A program made the position numbers and the translations under genes. The notes under the pieces are model-generated. The model was not told the origin of the DNA. It saw only the letters and a program-made list of their open reading frames with translations, and did not search any database. Positions 1 to 11,920 of a stretch of 64,000 bases of DNA are shown here, piece after piece (the stretch's first letter is position 1; each line of letters begins with the position of its first letter). This DNA comes from Octopus vulgaris (Eukaryota), in NCBI GenBank assembly GCA_951406725.2, contig OX597828.1, forward strand, positions 27,900,001 through 27,964,000. Direction: 5' to 3'.

Positions 1-330
1 GCTTTCTAAACTTTGCCCAGGCTATTCGTATTCTAGTGGTGACACTCTCTGAGCATCCACCTCCTCTACTAACTTGGTCACCTAGGTAGCGGAAACTATC
101 AACTACTTCTGGTTTCTTCCCCTGAAGTGTGATGGAATCTGTTTTCTAAGTATCTGTGGTGTCTATTGCTCCTGCACATCTGCCACACATGATAGCTATC
201 TTCTCGGTTAATTTTCCTTTGATGTTGCTGCTCCTCTTATGCGTCCATAGCTTACACTGGGTACACCTTATGGAGTTTCTACCTACACCTTTCCTACAGA
301 TCGAGCAGGGCCACCTGCCCGAGGGGGTTG
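1..330 (-). mobile_element. RTE-clade LINE ORF2 fragment (PHD-like Cys/His finger followed by the RT YLG region)
   Basis: Minus strand reads PCSICRKGVGRNSIRCTQCKLWTHKRSSNIKGKL..CGRC, then after a disruption EVVDSFRYLGDQVSRGGGCSESVTTRIRIAWAKFRK. It runs off the window start. Confidence 0.85.
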
Positions 331-412
331 TGAACTCAGAACATAAAGATGGACAAAATGCCGCTAAGCATTTTGCCTGCATTAGTAATGATTCTGCCAG
401 CTCACCTCCGTC
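330..412 (-). mobile_element. SINE family M 5' head fragment
   Basis: Reverse complement matches the head ggtgagctggcagaatcatta...aaaatgcttagcggcatt...gttctgagttca of the copies at 14911 and 60795. Confidence 0.75.
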
Positions 413-449
413 ATGATGATGATGATGATGATGACGATGACGATGACGA

Positions 450-486
<37 letters not shown>
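413..486 (+). repeat. (GAT)n(GAC)n trinucleotide microsatellite
   Basis: Directly visible; it produces the poly-Asp ORF artefact. Confidence 0.95.
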
Positions 487-674
487 AATATTGATGTCTG
501 TGGTTTAAATTTTCACTTTAAACTAATTTTATTTTTACTGTGGAAGGAATTTATTTCCTTTATTTTTTTTAGAAGTAAAAGACTTTGGGTATTTCTTTCT
601 TTACTTCAATTCCATCTAAAACTGGCCTTAAAGCAACAACTTGAGTTAGAAAAACAAACACAAACACAATCAGT

Positions 675-865
675 AAATAATAATAATAATATTCCAATTT
701 ATTGATAAATACATTATTATAATTTATTATCATTATTATCATTATCATTATTATTATTATCATTATTATTATCATTATTATTATCATCATCATCATCATT
801 ATGATTATTATTATTATTATCATTAGTAGTGGTAGTAGTAGTAGCAGCAGTAGCAGCAGCAGCAT
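675..865. repeat. Compound (AAT)/(ATT)/(ATC)/(AGT)/(AGC) microsatellite
   Basis: Directly visible. Confidence 0.9.
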
Positions 866-1359
866 GGTTGGTTTCTTTTTTTTTTTTTTTTTTTTCCTTT
901 CCATCCCACTATTTTGCTCTTTCTGTTTCTTTTGAAAGACATTACCATTTCTAAATTAAGTAGATTTCGATAATGGTGTTTTGAATGTCAGATATTCCTC
1001 TCTGAATGGTAAATTCCAGTACATGAGAGTCTAATAAAAACAATTCGAGATATTAGTAGTATGAGAGAATGATAGAGAATGGCAGGGGCTTACTGCTTAC
1101 AAACTGCTTCTTAAGATTTCAACAAAAGAATTATTGACCTGTAAATCTTTGATAAAGATGGTCAAGTTTCTTCTTCAGCAGCTATTTGATACCTTCTCCC
1201 CTTCACCAGTTGGTAATTAAAGACAGTATCTGTTGGAACTTTTTACCGAATTTGCTTAAGATGATCCCTCTAAGACAACCTGACATATACATATGATTTG
1301 TCATTTAATCATTTTTACCGTACACATATTCACACATATTGCCAAACATCACCTCATAA

Positions 1360-1360
<1 letters not shown>

Positions 1361-1394
<34 letters not shown>

Positions 1395-1404
1395 TATATG
1401 CATG

Positions 1405-1454
<50 letters not shown>

Positions 1455-2036
1455 CACGTGTGTGTGTATACATGTAAATATATATGCATATACATATATT
1501 TATATACTTGCATATATCTATAAATATATACACACATACACACACATCTATGTGCGTATATACACACATACGTATATATGCTTATGTCGGCCCTTTCCTC
1601 TTTACATGTATATTATGATCAACACACACACACACACACACTCACTCACACACATGCATACACACAATATATATACGTACACTTATAAATGCATATTCTC
1701 TAAAAACACGTGCTCTGCTTTTACAATCCTACATGTCTCTTTTAATCAATCCTTACGTACACTTCTTTCCCTTTTCCGGAATTTGTGTATTCTCCGCTGA
1801 TCTCCCGCTTCTTTAAAACTTAATTGGTCACAGCCTTCTACTGCTGCAATTGTTATCTCTGTCTAAACAACTACACTCACATTGTATATGTAGTATGTGT
1901 GTGATTATATATACACACACACTGATATATATGTGTGTATGTGTGTGAGTGTTTGTGTGTGTGTGTTTATTTGCATATATATACATATATATATATTCAT
2001 TTACATATATATATGTGTGTGCGTCTGTCTCTCTCT

Positions 2037-2081
<45 letters not shown>

Positions 2082-2095
2082 TGTTTATATGTATA
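1361..2095. repeat. (CA)n/(TA)n/(TG)n microsatellite blocks
   Basis: Directly visible. Confidence 0.9.
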
Positions 2096-2534
2096 TGCCC
2101 TTGTCTGTGTGCTTCCTTCTCATTCACAGCCTGTTGTAAAAACATACAGATTGTTTGAAATTAAAGAACAAATTATTTCCTATATGCCAGCCATTTTGTA
2201 ATAAGATCAAATCCCCAATTTCTAGCCATTTACGTGATTAACAACTCAATAGGAAGGACTTGGCCTGCTTGGAACAGCTGTGGCTCTTTTGTAAATAATC
2301 ATGTTATCAACATACAGGCACAGATGTTTCTTCTATGAGTAGACGCTCAAAGGACAGCCTAAGCTATATTGTACAGTTAACATTGCTAAAATAGATAACA
2401 TTTCCAGAACATTCTTAATCTCGATGCTTTCACTTTGGTGACAACTTGCTCTTTCCCCTCCCTCATTTCTCTTGTTTTATTTCACCGCCGTTTTCTTTTT
2501 ATTCTTGACAAATACTCTTCTAAGGCATTTTAGC

Positions 2535-3148
2535 TTAACCCCTTTGATGCCAACCTGCTCAAGACTGTCTTTGGTTTTATGAGACAAACTTCCTAATTTA
2601 AAGTGATGTGAATTAAAAACTCTGCATCAAAATGTTAATTTATGTGCAGGACACCAGCTTAATAATGACAGAGTTGCTTCACTAAATTGTTTATCATTTT
2701 CTAAATTAATTGAAGCACCGACAGTGTATTTCAACAGAAATGTGGTAACATGATCGGAATTAAAACTTTCTCTCAAAGTTTCATGTTAATTTATGTTCTA
2801 AACACTCACTTAATTATGACAAAATTATTTTACTAATTTCTTTATTATTTGCAAAATTATTTGGAAGAAAAACAAAATATTTCAATAGAAATATAAAAAC
2901 AAAATGGTTAAGTGAAACAAAATACACATGGACAACATGTTCCTTATAAGATGATATATAGTATTCTTACACTTTTGGTACCAACCCACCTGAAGCCACA
3001 CCTATTTCTGTGATGCAAAGTCTCCATTTTGAAGTGTTGCGAATTAAAGTGTTTCATCAAATTATTTTACTAAATTCTTCCTTATTTTCAAAATGAATTG
3101 AAACAGAGGCAGTGTATGTCAACAGAAATATGGTGACAAAATGCTTAA
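2535..3148. mobile_element. Cluster of degenerate piggyBac-like MITE copies (2535-2911 with internal duplication; 2967-3148)
   Basis: Starts TTAA-CCCCTTTGAT and ends ATGG-TTAA. The block actaaatt..ttattttc.aaattaattgaa..cagtgtatttcaacagaaatatggtaaca recurs three times. TTAA plus CCC..GG termini are piggyBac-type. Confidence 0.6.
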
Positions 3149-3288
3149 AGTAATGGAAATGGTTATTTGAATGTGTAAAACTACTTTTAAATCCAAAGGC
3201 ATCACTATTCATCATAGTGTAGTGGGGTGTTCATTAGAAAAGGTACCAATAAAAGTACCTGTACTGGGAGTGATCTGATCAACTAGAG

Positions 3289-3528
3289 CAGTGTTTCTCA
3301 ACCGTGTTTTACCTCTGGAGACCCCTTTTGTTCTTATTTTACTCACATGGTCCATTGTAGCCATTCGATGTTTAAAACATGAGGAATTGTATTAAAAAAT
3401 GGTTAAAATATTTTGTGAACTGTAAAAGTATAACAAATTTACTGCAGAAAAATTATAACAAAATCTTATATGGACCCCCAAGGGCCCCCCACCCCTGGAG
3501 CCATATGCATCATGTTTGAGAATCACTG
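3289..3528. mobile_element. hAT (Charlie-like) MITE nested in an old SINE A tail
   Basis: TIRs cagtgtttctcaac / gtttgagaatcactg, degenerate 8-bp flanks aactagag/aattaaat; related copies at 7543, 8941 and 26842. Confidence 0.75.
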
Positions 3529-3699
3529 AATTAAATCCTTTAAGTTAGTGATCTAGCCTGAATGCAGTTCAATGATTGAAACCAGGAAAATGTTTTTAAA
3601 AAGAGATAAATAGAAAGAAAAGAAAGTGACATTTGGAACAAGTGTAAAGACTGCTTCAGTTGCTTTTAGTATGATGTAAAATTGCCATTTACTGTATCA

Positions 3700-4125
3700 T
3701 TTATTCACACTTACGTTGCACATCCAATGGAGCATGCTTACTTCATTTCTTTTAAGACTCCACAAGTCCTTTGTATTCAAGGTCCATGCCTCACTACCAT
3801 GCAGCATCATAGTTCTGACACAAGTGTCACACAATCCGCTTGGCATTCTGACAGATGAAACCTTTGTTACCAGCTGTGGTAGAAGCTCCTTGAACTGTTT
3901 GCAATCCGTTCTTACCCTAGCTACTGTACTTTCAGAGTAACCTCCTCTTTTGCTAATTACAGTTCCTAGGTAACACAAGCTATCCATTATTTCTAGTGAG
4001 TCAGGACAAGTAATTGACAAAGAATCTCTTCCCAGTGTGCTTGTGCTATACAACTCTTCTCTAACAAATCTGTCACAAAAAATGCTTACCTTTCTCTGCT
4101 AGTCTGCCTGTGATTTCACTTCCTA
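3700..4125 (-). mobile_element. RTE-clade LINE ORF2 fragment
   Basis: ORF 3697-4053: LEIMDSLCYLGTVISKRGGYSESTVARVRT..KQFKELLPQL..CVRTMMLHGSEAWTL..LKRNEVSMLHWMCNV; homologous to 1-330. Confidence 0.85.
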
Positions 4126-4672
4126 TTGCATGGCACCTTGGATAAGAGTCTCTTGCCATACCCTGAGGTTAACTCAGTCCTTGTGTGTGAAAATGAATTG
4201 GCAGAAACTATGTGGAGGACTGTTAAATGGATTATACCTGTAACTTATACCTGTGTCTTTAACAATTGGCCATATCAGACGTTATGTTATGCTGATTAAC
4301 ACTGTGGATTACATTAACTCTTAACATGCTCTACGACATGAATGCACCCTCTAGGATATGTGTCTGTTAGTCTTATACAGCACTGGACTAACCATGAAGC
4401 AAAATAAGCATGTACTTAGAGCATCAAGTGAAGGGGGGGGGCAACAGAGAAATGGTAAATGGTTTACAATACAAAAGAAATCACTTGCACTTGCCAAAAT
4501 AATATTCTGAGTTCCATATCTCTACTAAGCATATGTCAGATTAATTTAAAGGATCTGATCAAAGATTTTGCAATAAAAAAAAAGGATTATTTTCCATCAT
4601 ACTGTTAGTTTTGTTTGATTACAAAAAATTTATTTTGTGGTTTATAATTGTTTATATTTTGAATTACATATT

Positions 4673-4918
4673 CTCTTACTCTTTTACTTGTTTCAGTCAT
4701 TTGACTGCGGCCATGCTGGAGCACCGCCTTTAGTCGAGCAAATCGACCCTGGGACTTATTCTATGTAAGCCCAGTACTTATTCTATCGGTCTCTATTGCC
4801 GAACTGCTAAGTGACGGGGACGTAAACACATCAGCATCAGTTGTCAAGCAATGCTAGGGGGACAAACACAGACACACAAACACACACATACATATATGTA
4901 TATATATATATATATACA

Positions 4919-5000
<82 letters not shown>

Positions 5001-5164
5001 TACGACGGGCTTCTTTCAGTTTCCGTCTACCAAATCCACTCACAAGGCATTGGTTGGCCTGAGGCTATAGTAGAGGACAGTTGCCCAAGATGCCACACAG
5101 TGGGACTGAACCCAGAACCATGTGGTTGGTTAGCAAGCTACTTACCACACAGCCACGCCTGCAC
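4673..5164 (-). mobile_element. SINE family A (tRNA-like/CORE-like head, internal (TA)n(TG)n tract), full length
   Basis: Head gtggctgtgtggtaag..ggttcagtccca..gtggcatcttgggcaa; tail ggcggtgctccagcatggccgcagtcaaatgactgaaacaagtaaaag; many copies in this window. Confidence 0.92.
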
Positions 5165-5739
5165 ATATATATGTGACATTGAAATCTTTTAAGTGCTTAT
5201 GGTTTCTATGGGTTCTATACCACTTGAAACCACCCAAATCTATATTTGGTTTAAAGGAATTCATAAACTCTTTTATCTAAAAGAGAAAACTTTAATCCCT
5301 TCTGCTACCATTTAATCGTATTCTGTAATGTTCGCTATTAAAATCAATCCATTTGTTACTGAAGTTTTGTTATTTAGTTTTGGAGTCTTATTATATTGAA
5401 ATTTTCAAGTAAACTTGAGAACATTGTTTCTGATGGAAGTAATTCCTTTTATCTGTAATGAAATGGTCATAAAAATATCAGGGAAAGACATTTTATTTTC
5501 TGAGGTTTGTATGTCCATGTCTGTTATTAATGGTATTAAAGATATTACTAATGCCTTTATGCCATCTCTTTTGAATATGTCTATTTTTTAGTAATCATTT
5601 AGTAATTAATAATCATATATGCACAACATTAAGTACAAATGACCATTTGCATTTGCAATAATCCCAGTTTTCACTATAATCTGACCATAAGTATGTACAC
5701 TATAAACAATCAAATTCATTGATGCGGCCAATGATGGCT

Positions 5740-6207
5740 CTGCCTGACTGGCATCCGTGCTAGTGGAATGTTAAGAGCACCATCCGAGCGTGATTGTTGC
5801 CAGGGCTAGTGACTGGCTTCCATGCTGGTGGCATGTAAAAAGCATCATTCAAGCGTGATTGTTACCAGCATTGCCTTACCGGCACATGTGCCAGTGACAC
5901 ACGAAAAACAACATTTAAATGAGGTCATTGCCAGTGCTGCTGGACTGGCTCCTGTGCAGGTGGCACGTAGAAAACACTATTCAAGCGTGGCCATTGCCAG
6001 TACCGCCTGACTGGCCCTCGTGCTGGTGACACGTAAAAGCACCCTCTACAATCTTGGAGTGGTTGGCGTTAAGAAGGGCATCCAGCTGTAGAAACTCTGC
6101 CAGATCAGATTGGAACCTGGTGCAGCCATCTGGCTTGCCAGTCCTCAGTCAAATCGTCCAACCCATGCCAGCATGGAAAGTGGGCGTTAAATAATGATGA
6201 TGATAAT
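5740..6207 (+). mobile_element. SINE-like family C with ~65-bp tandem units and (GAT)n tail
   Basis: About 4.5 units containing gtgc.ggtggcacgtaaaaagcac, then ggttggcgttaagaagggcatccagctgtagaaac...ccaacccatgccagcatggaaagtgggcgttaaataatgatgatgat. Confidence 0.85.
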
Positions 6208-6520
6208 GTTGGAATTGAACCAGGCAATGGATTAGCTTTACAGTCTGACAGGTCTGTGCATAAGCTTCCATCTTCAAAATATATATTTTTTTAAAGCTTC
6301 TGTCAACATGAGATTGGAGTAGAAGACTCTTGTCACAGGTACCACCCAGTAAGATTGAACCTGGAACTACACGGTTGTGGAGAAAACTTCTTAACTGCAC
6401 AGCCATATCTGCATAAGGAAAGAAAATGTTTAAGCTATGCTATAGATTCCTCCTTAATCCTTGGAATTACCAATGCCTTTTAAACCTACTTTTGATTATT
6501 CTGCGGGAATCTTTCATTTT

Positions 6521-6928
6521 TACTCTTTACTCTTTTACTTGTTTCAGTCATTTGACTGCGGCCATGCTGGAGCACCGCCTTTAGTCGAGCAACTCGACCC
6601 CGGGACTTATTCTTTTTGTAAGCCCAGTACTTATTCTATCGGTCTCTTTTTGCTGAACCGCTAAGTGACGGGGACGTAAACACACCAGCATCAGTTGTCA
6701 AGCAATGCTAAGGGAACAAACACAGACACGCAAACACACATACGCATATATGTATACATATATACGACAGGCTTCTTTCAGTTTCCGTCTACCAAATCCA
6801 CTCACAAGGCATTGGTCGGCCCGGGGCTATAGCAGAAGACACTTGCCCAAGATGCCACACAGTGGGACTGAACCCGGAACCATGTGGTTGGTTAGCAAGC
6901 TACTATCCACACAGCCACTCCTGCGCCT
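6521..6928 (-). mobile_element. SINE family A, full length, low divergence
   Basis: Near-identical to the 38312-38723 copy; most CpGs are retained. Confidence 0.93.
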
Positions 6929-7542
6929 ATTGTATAATTTTCTAATGTAGAAAGTCTGGAAATATTCAAGTCGACCTCAATAGAATAACAGACATCATAC
7001 TTTCCTTCAGCAGACATTATTTCTACATTGTGGATAAAACAGGGTCATGTGAGACAAACAGATAAATAATATGTCATGTGTTGTTATATTAACTTTTTAG
7101 ACCAGTGTAGATATATAGTAACATTAGTTTGAACAGTCGATCTACCAAAGACTCGTATAAATATATTGACAATGTAGCAGTGCGTGAGAAGTAAACTCAT
7201 TCCTTTGACAAAGAAATAAAGAAAAAAAGAGGGGGGGGGGTGAAGAAACAGGAAAAGACCAGCAAGCTCTTCTACTGTTTTGTAAGAAAAGATCAATGGA
7301 ACACGACAAGATGTTAAGCTTAAAAGAGTATCGGCTTTTCCTTGCCATTTGATTCATCGTTTGTTAAGGGATAGTGTGAAGAATCAACTATAGAGAAAGA
7401 CAAACTAAATGAAATCTCGGTTCTTTACTGAAATGGCCAGAATAATAATAAACATTGCTCTCACATACACATCTATCTAATGCAATCAGTAATCTGTTTT
7501 TGTTTGGCTTTTGTTTTCTTACCTTGTTACATTGTTTTAAAT

Positions 7543-7806
7543 CAGTTGTTCTCAACCATATTCTATCTATGAAGCCCTTTGATTCCTACTATTCTCAGGT
7601 GGGCCCTCCACAGCCATTCAATGTCTGAAAAAATCCCATTAAATTTCTATTATTAAATATTAGAAATTGGATTAAAAAGCTTGTTAAAATATTTTGTGCA
7701 TTGCAAAAATATCAGCATTTATTGCACATAAATTTTAATAAAAAAATCTTACATGAACCCCTAGGGACCACATGCCCCCCCCCCCCCCAATCCCATTGAG
7801 AACCAG
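7543..7806. mobile_element. hAT-like MITE
   Basis: cagttgttctcaacc...cattgagaaccag, flanked by ttttaaat / ttttaaaa; body homologous to 3289-3528. Confidence 0.7.
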
Positions 7807-7882
7807 TTTTAAAATATAAACTTTCTTATGATTGAACTGGTTCTGCTTTTCACTTATGGTGGGAGGCTTAATTCACTGTTAC

Positions 7883-8031
7883 CTGGTCCTTCAGTGTTTT
7901 TAGCAAATTCCTCACTGTTGCAAGCATTCAGGCCAGCTCTTTGGTTTAGAAATGCCTTCCTCTCTCCCTCTCTTTTTCTTGCCCTTTTTTCATTTTTTGC
8001 TCTCTTTCCCCTTCTGCCATTCTTGGAGGCC
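7883..8031 (-). CDS. Candidate internal exon (149 bp), basic peptide of unknown identity
   Basis: T-rich tract plus ttgacag acceptor and ag|gtaaca donor. One open frame: ASKNGRRGKRAKNEKRARKREGERKAFLNQRAGLNACNSEEFAKNTEGP. No homology recognised. Confidence 0.3.
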
Positions 8032-8155
8032 CTGTCAAGGGTCATAGATAATAAAAAAAAAAAGAAAGTAATGAACCTTTGTCATGAATGCTTGATATTA
8101 TTCTGATATTTTGGACTATTAAGCTCATTTTCAACAATGAGAAATCTATAAATAT

Positions 8156-8500
8156 AGGTGCAGACATGGCTTAGTAGTTTCGGGTTCAGTCCCACTGACC
8201 AGCACCTTGGGCAATTGTCTTCTAGTATAACTCCAGATCAACCAATACCTAATAAATGAACTTGGAAATGGAAACTGTGTGGAAGCCTGTCATGTGTGTT
8301 TGTGTTTGTTCCTACCACCACTTGATAACTGTTGTTGGTTTGTTTACATCCCTATAACTTAATGGTTCAGCAAAAAGACCAACTGAATAAGTACCAAACT
8401 TAAAAAAGAAATACTGGGCCCAGTTTGTTTGACTAAAATCTATGAAGGGGCTGCCCCAGTATGACCACAGTCCAGTGACTGAAACAAGTTAAGGATAAAG
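8156..8500 (+). mobile_element. SINE family A, older diverged copy
   Basis: gggttcagtcccactg..gcaccttgggcaa..ataagtacc..cagtccagtgactgaaacaag. Confidence 0.8.
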
Positions 8501-8940
8501 GATAATATTGATTTATACGGTATTTATATTGGTTTGAACTCCAGCCATCACCAAATGTCTTCTTCCAGGATATGTCCGTAACAAATGAATTACTATCAGC
8601 TTCATCAATATGTAGTCTTATCTGTTTGCCTGTCAACTGATGGTTGGAGATCAAACTTCCTTCAAAATTGAAAGCAGTTTGATTTTCCAGTGTTCTGTTT
8701 TGTCTTCTGGGATTTTCAAACGTAAATCAGATCCTTTGTTTGTTTGTAATGAGAGCAAATGCTCTTCCCAGAAGGCAGTTGATTCTTAATATCTGTTGAG
8801 ATATGCTTCATGACTCACCCATTATTTGTCAATTTCAAATTCATTAGTGATTGCACCAATTATAAAAATATCAAAATGCCTACCCACAAACAATAGTTAA
8901 CTGATTCCTTGAACCAATTTTTTCAAACTATTATCCGAAC

Positions 8941-9167
8941 AAGTGATTCTCAATCGGTTTTTATTCCTTGATCACTTTTGGTTCATATTTTACCTGGATG
9001 TGCCCTCATAACCATTTGAGGTTTTAAAAGACCCATTTATACTTTTATTACATCATTAGGAATTGTACAGAAAAATTCTTGCAATATTTTGTGCACGAGT
9101 ATAATTAATTGACTGCAGGTAAACTTTGACAACAGGGGTCATTAGGACCCTGCTTGAGAATCACCTG
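8941..9167. mobile_element. hAT-like MITE
   Basis: agtgattctcaat...gcttgagaatcacc; flanks tccgaac / tctgaac. Confidence 0.65.
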
Positions 9168-9188
9168 TCTGAACAATGTAATAGCAGA

Positions 9189-9437
9189 ATCATCATCATC
9201 ATTTAGCGTCCGCTTTCCATGCTAGCATGGGTTGGACGGTTCAACTGGGGTCTGTGAAGCCAGAAGGCTGCATCAGGCCCAGTCTGATCTGGCAGTGTTT
9301 CTACGGCTGGATGCCCTTCCTAATGCCAACCATTCCGTGAGTGTAGTGGGTGCTTTTTACGTGCCACCCGCACAGGTGCCAGACGGAGCTGGCAAACGGC
9401 CACGGATGGATGGTGCTTTTTACGTGCCACCGGCACC
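9189..9437 (-). mobile_element. SINE-like family C, 5'-truncated (about 2 units)
   Basis: (ATC)n-tttagcgtccgctttccatgctagcatgggttggacgg...ggtgctttttacgtgccacc twice. Confidence 0.88.
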
Positions 9438-10099
9438 AATCTTCAGACTACTTTTAATTAAGTTTTGAGGTTTGAACTAAGCTAATGAAAAGGGAAACTG
9501 ACAGAATCTTTAGGCAGGAAAATTTGCCAGAAGTATCCAGAGTTCTAGACCATTAAATCTAAATGTAATGGGAGTATAACTGGGACAGGAAGCTCTATCC
9601 TGCTAATATTAAATATGAGCAGAGACAGCATCTAACTAATAGTGAATGTTGTTTGTTGTCCGTCTTCCTGCATATTTCATATCAATTTCACATATTCTTT
9701 TAGTGTTGGAGTTAAGCTGTATCCATATCATAACAGTGTTGCCTCTGGCTGGTTTAATGACTAAAGCATTTCATTTAGTCATATTAGCTTGGCTGAAATT
9801 GCCAGCATTTTCACTGTCAACCAAAAGCCTGCTTTGATTGATGATTAATTACAACATTAAGAAGTCCATGAGACAAAGGATGTTCTAATAAAGCAGAACT
9901 TAACAAAGTTGACATAATTAATGTCTTGGAGATTGGTTTACCTGGTTTATTATATTGGTGACCTAAGTGTTTAATATGATTTACACATCTGAGAGAAATG
10001 GCTTTCTTCTTGCACATGTGTCATATGGCATTTTCTAACTGGACAATTTCTGCAATCATGGCTATCTTAGACTCCCCAACCTAACCCTCCCTTACCCTG

Positions 10100-10550
10100 C
10101 TCAGTGACAATTCCTTTAAGAAGCAGCTACAGAAATAGGTCACTGTTCTGTGTCCTCCTCTGTAACAATAGCTATGTTTATGAATGCATCTCAAACACTA
10201 TCATTTCCTTGACCCTATCACTAATGCCATCCTTTCCCCTGTTCCTTGCCATGCTTTTTTTATCTAGAATCATTGCCCACACTCTTCTATTCTCTTGCAG
10301 TTATAGAATCTACTTTACACCTTTGGTCTTACATGCTATGAGATAATCAACTCTCATGCTGGTGCCACACAAAAATAACTAAAAACCCTCAATACACTGT
10401 TTAATGTGGTTGATGTCAGGAAGGGCATCTAGCCACAGGATAGGTGTCTAGTTAGACATGCATGCAAGAGGCTGTCCTTTGACTTCTCATCTCCTGTCAT
10501 ACTGTTCAACTTTGCTGTCTTGGAAGCCAGGTGTTAAATAATGATCATTA
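10100..10550 (+). mobile_element. Old long-bodied relative of family C (family E)
   Basis: 3' part catgctggtgccacac..gtggttgatgtcaggaagggcatctagcc..gtgttaaataatgatcat; the 5' boundary is uncertain. Confidence 0.5.
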
Positions 10551-11129
10551 TCATCATTCTTTAGTGCCAAGTCTAACACTTTTATTCTTGAGTTGTCTGT
10601 TTTATCCCTGTGATATTATTCCATTAATAAAAGTGTCTATAATTCAACATTTTCTATGTAGTTCCAATGACACTACCTTAAAGTTCCATTCTTTAACCGA
10701 TTGTTTCAAAGATTGAAGAACCTGACCCATAGATTTCATTTGGTATTATTTCTACCATATTTTCCAACATACAAGTCAAATTTTACAGACACAAATTTAC
10801 AGCCAAAAAAGTTAGGTTGACTTATAAATGAAGACAACTTAGAAGGATCCAAAATTCCATGTGAAATGCAGCAGGGTGTAGAAAGATTGTGATAATGTTT
10901 CAATGTTTACCTGCTACAATGGTTTGTATGCTGGGAAATACTGTAAGTGATGAGCTGGTGTTTTACAGTCACCTCAATCACCAGTTTAATGTTGATAACC
11001 TTCAGGGTATTTATTCTTATAAATGGTCCAATTTGTAAAGAATAAGATTACTTCATGTGATAAGAACTCTATGAAGGACAGGTAGTTTGCCCAGGAACAT
11101 TGACAAGAAAATATTGAACAGACATTAAC

Positions 11130-11437
11130 TGGGAGTCCATTGGTTACGATGATGAGGGTTCCAGTTGATCTGATTGAGAGAACAGTCTGTTTGTAAAAAT
11201 TAACGGGCAAATGGCTGAGCACTCCACAGACATGAGGACCCTTTATGTAGTCCTCAGGGTGATTCAGCATGACACAGAAAGTGACAAGGCTGGCCCTTTG
11301 AAATACAACTCACTCTTGCCAGCTGAGTGGACTGAGGCAACATGAAATAAAGTGCCTTGTTCAAGGACACTATGAACCATCAAGTTTTGAAGATATGACC
11401 TTATGACCGTTTACTGAATATGCTTACCATTAAGCCT
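11130..11437 (-). mobile_element. SINE family B (CORE-like)
   Basis: Reverse complement gtgtccttgaacaaggcactttatttcatgttgcctcagtccactcagctggcaa; shared with 18070-18354. Confidence 0.75.
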
Positions 11438-11559
11438 TCACAGAACAACATATGGAACCATTCTTTCGCTTCTATGACTGTCACTTATTGAGAAGAGATT
11501 GTGTTAAATCTTCTGGAATGCAGAACTCTGGTCATGTTGGAGTTTTTTTTTTTACCTTT

Positions 11560-11920
11560 TATTTTTTACTTGTATCAATAATTGCACTGCGGCCATGCTG
11601 GAACACTACTTTGAAGGGTTTTCGTTGAACTAATTGACCTCAGGTTTTTTTTTTATTAAAGTCTGGTACTTATTCTATCAGTCTCTTTTGCCAAACTGCT
11701 AAATTACAGCGATGTAAACAAACCAACTCTAGTGTCAAGCATTGGGTATGTGTGACAAACACGATGACACACACACACACACATACACACACATAGGTTT
11801 CCACACAGTTTCCATCTACCAAATCCACTTGCAAGGCATTGAAGACACTTGCCCAAGGTGCCACATAGAGGGACTGAAATCAAACCCACACAATTGCTAA
11901 AAAAATTTTATAGCCATGCA
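11560..11920 (-). mobile_element. SINE family A, diverged, internally deleted
   Basis: ctgcggccatgctgg..tacttattctatc..ctaccaaatccact..gaagacacttgcccaaggtgccac. Confidence 0.8.

Noticed and set aside
349-705. Poly-Asp ORF of 118 aa
   Set aside because: Begins in a SINE fragment and reads through a (GAT)/(GAC) microsatellite into AT-rich sequence; no splice signals.
5740-6040. Repeat-spacer-like periodicity suggestive of CRISPR
   Set aside because: Units are homologous over their whole length with no unique spacers, there are no cas genes, and the context is a eukaryotic SINE.
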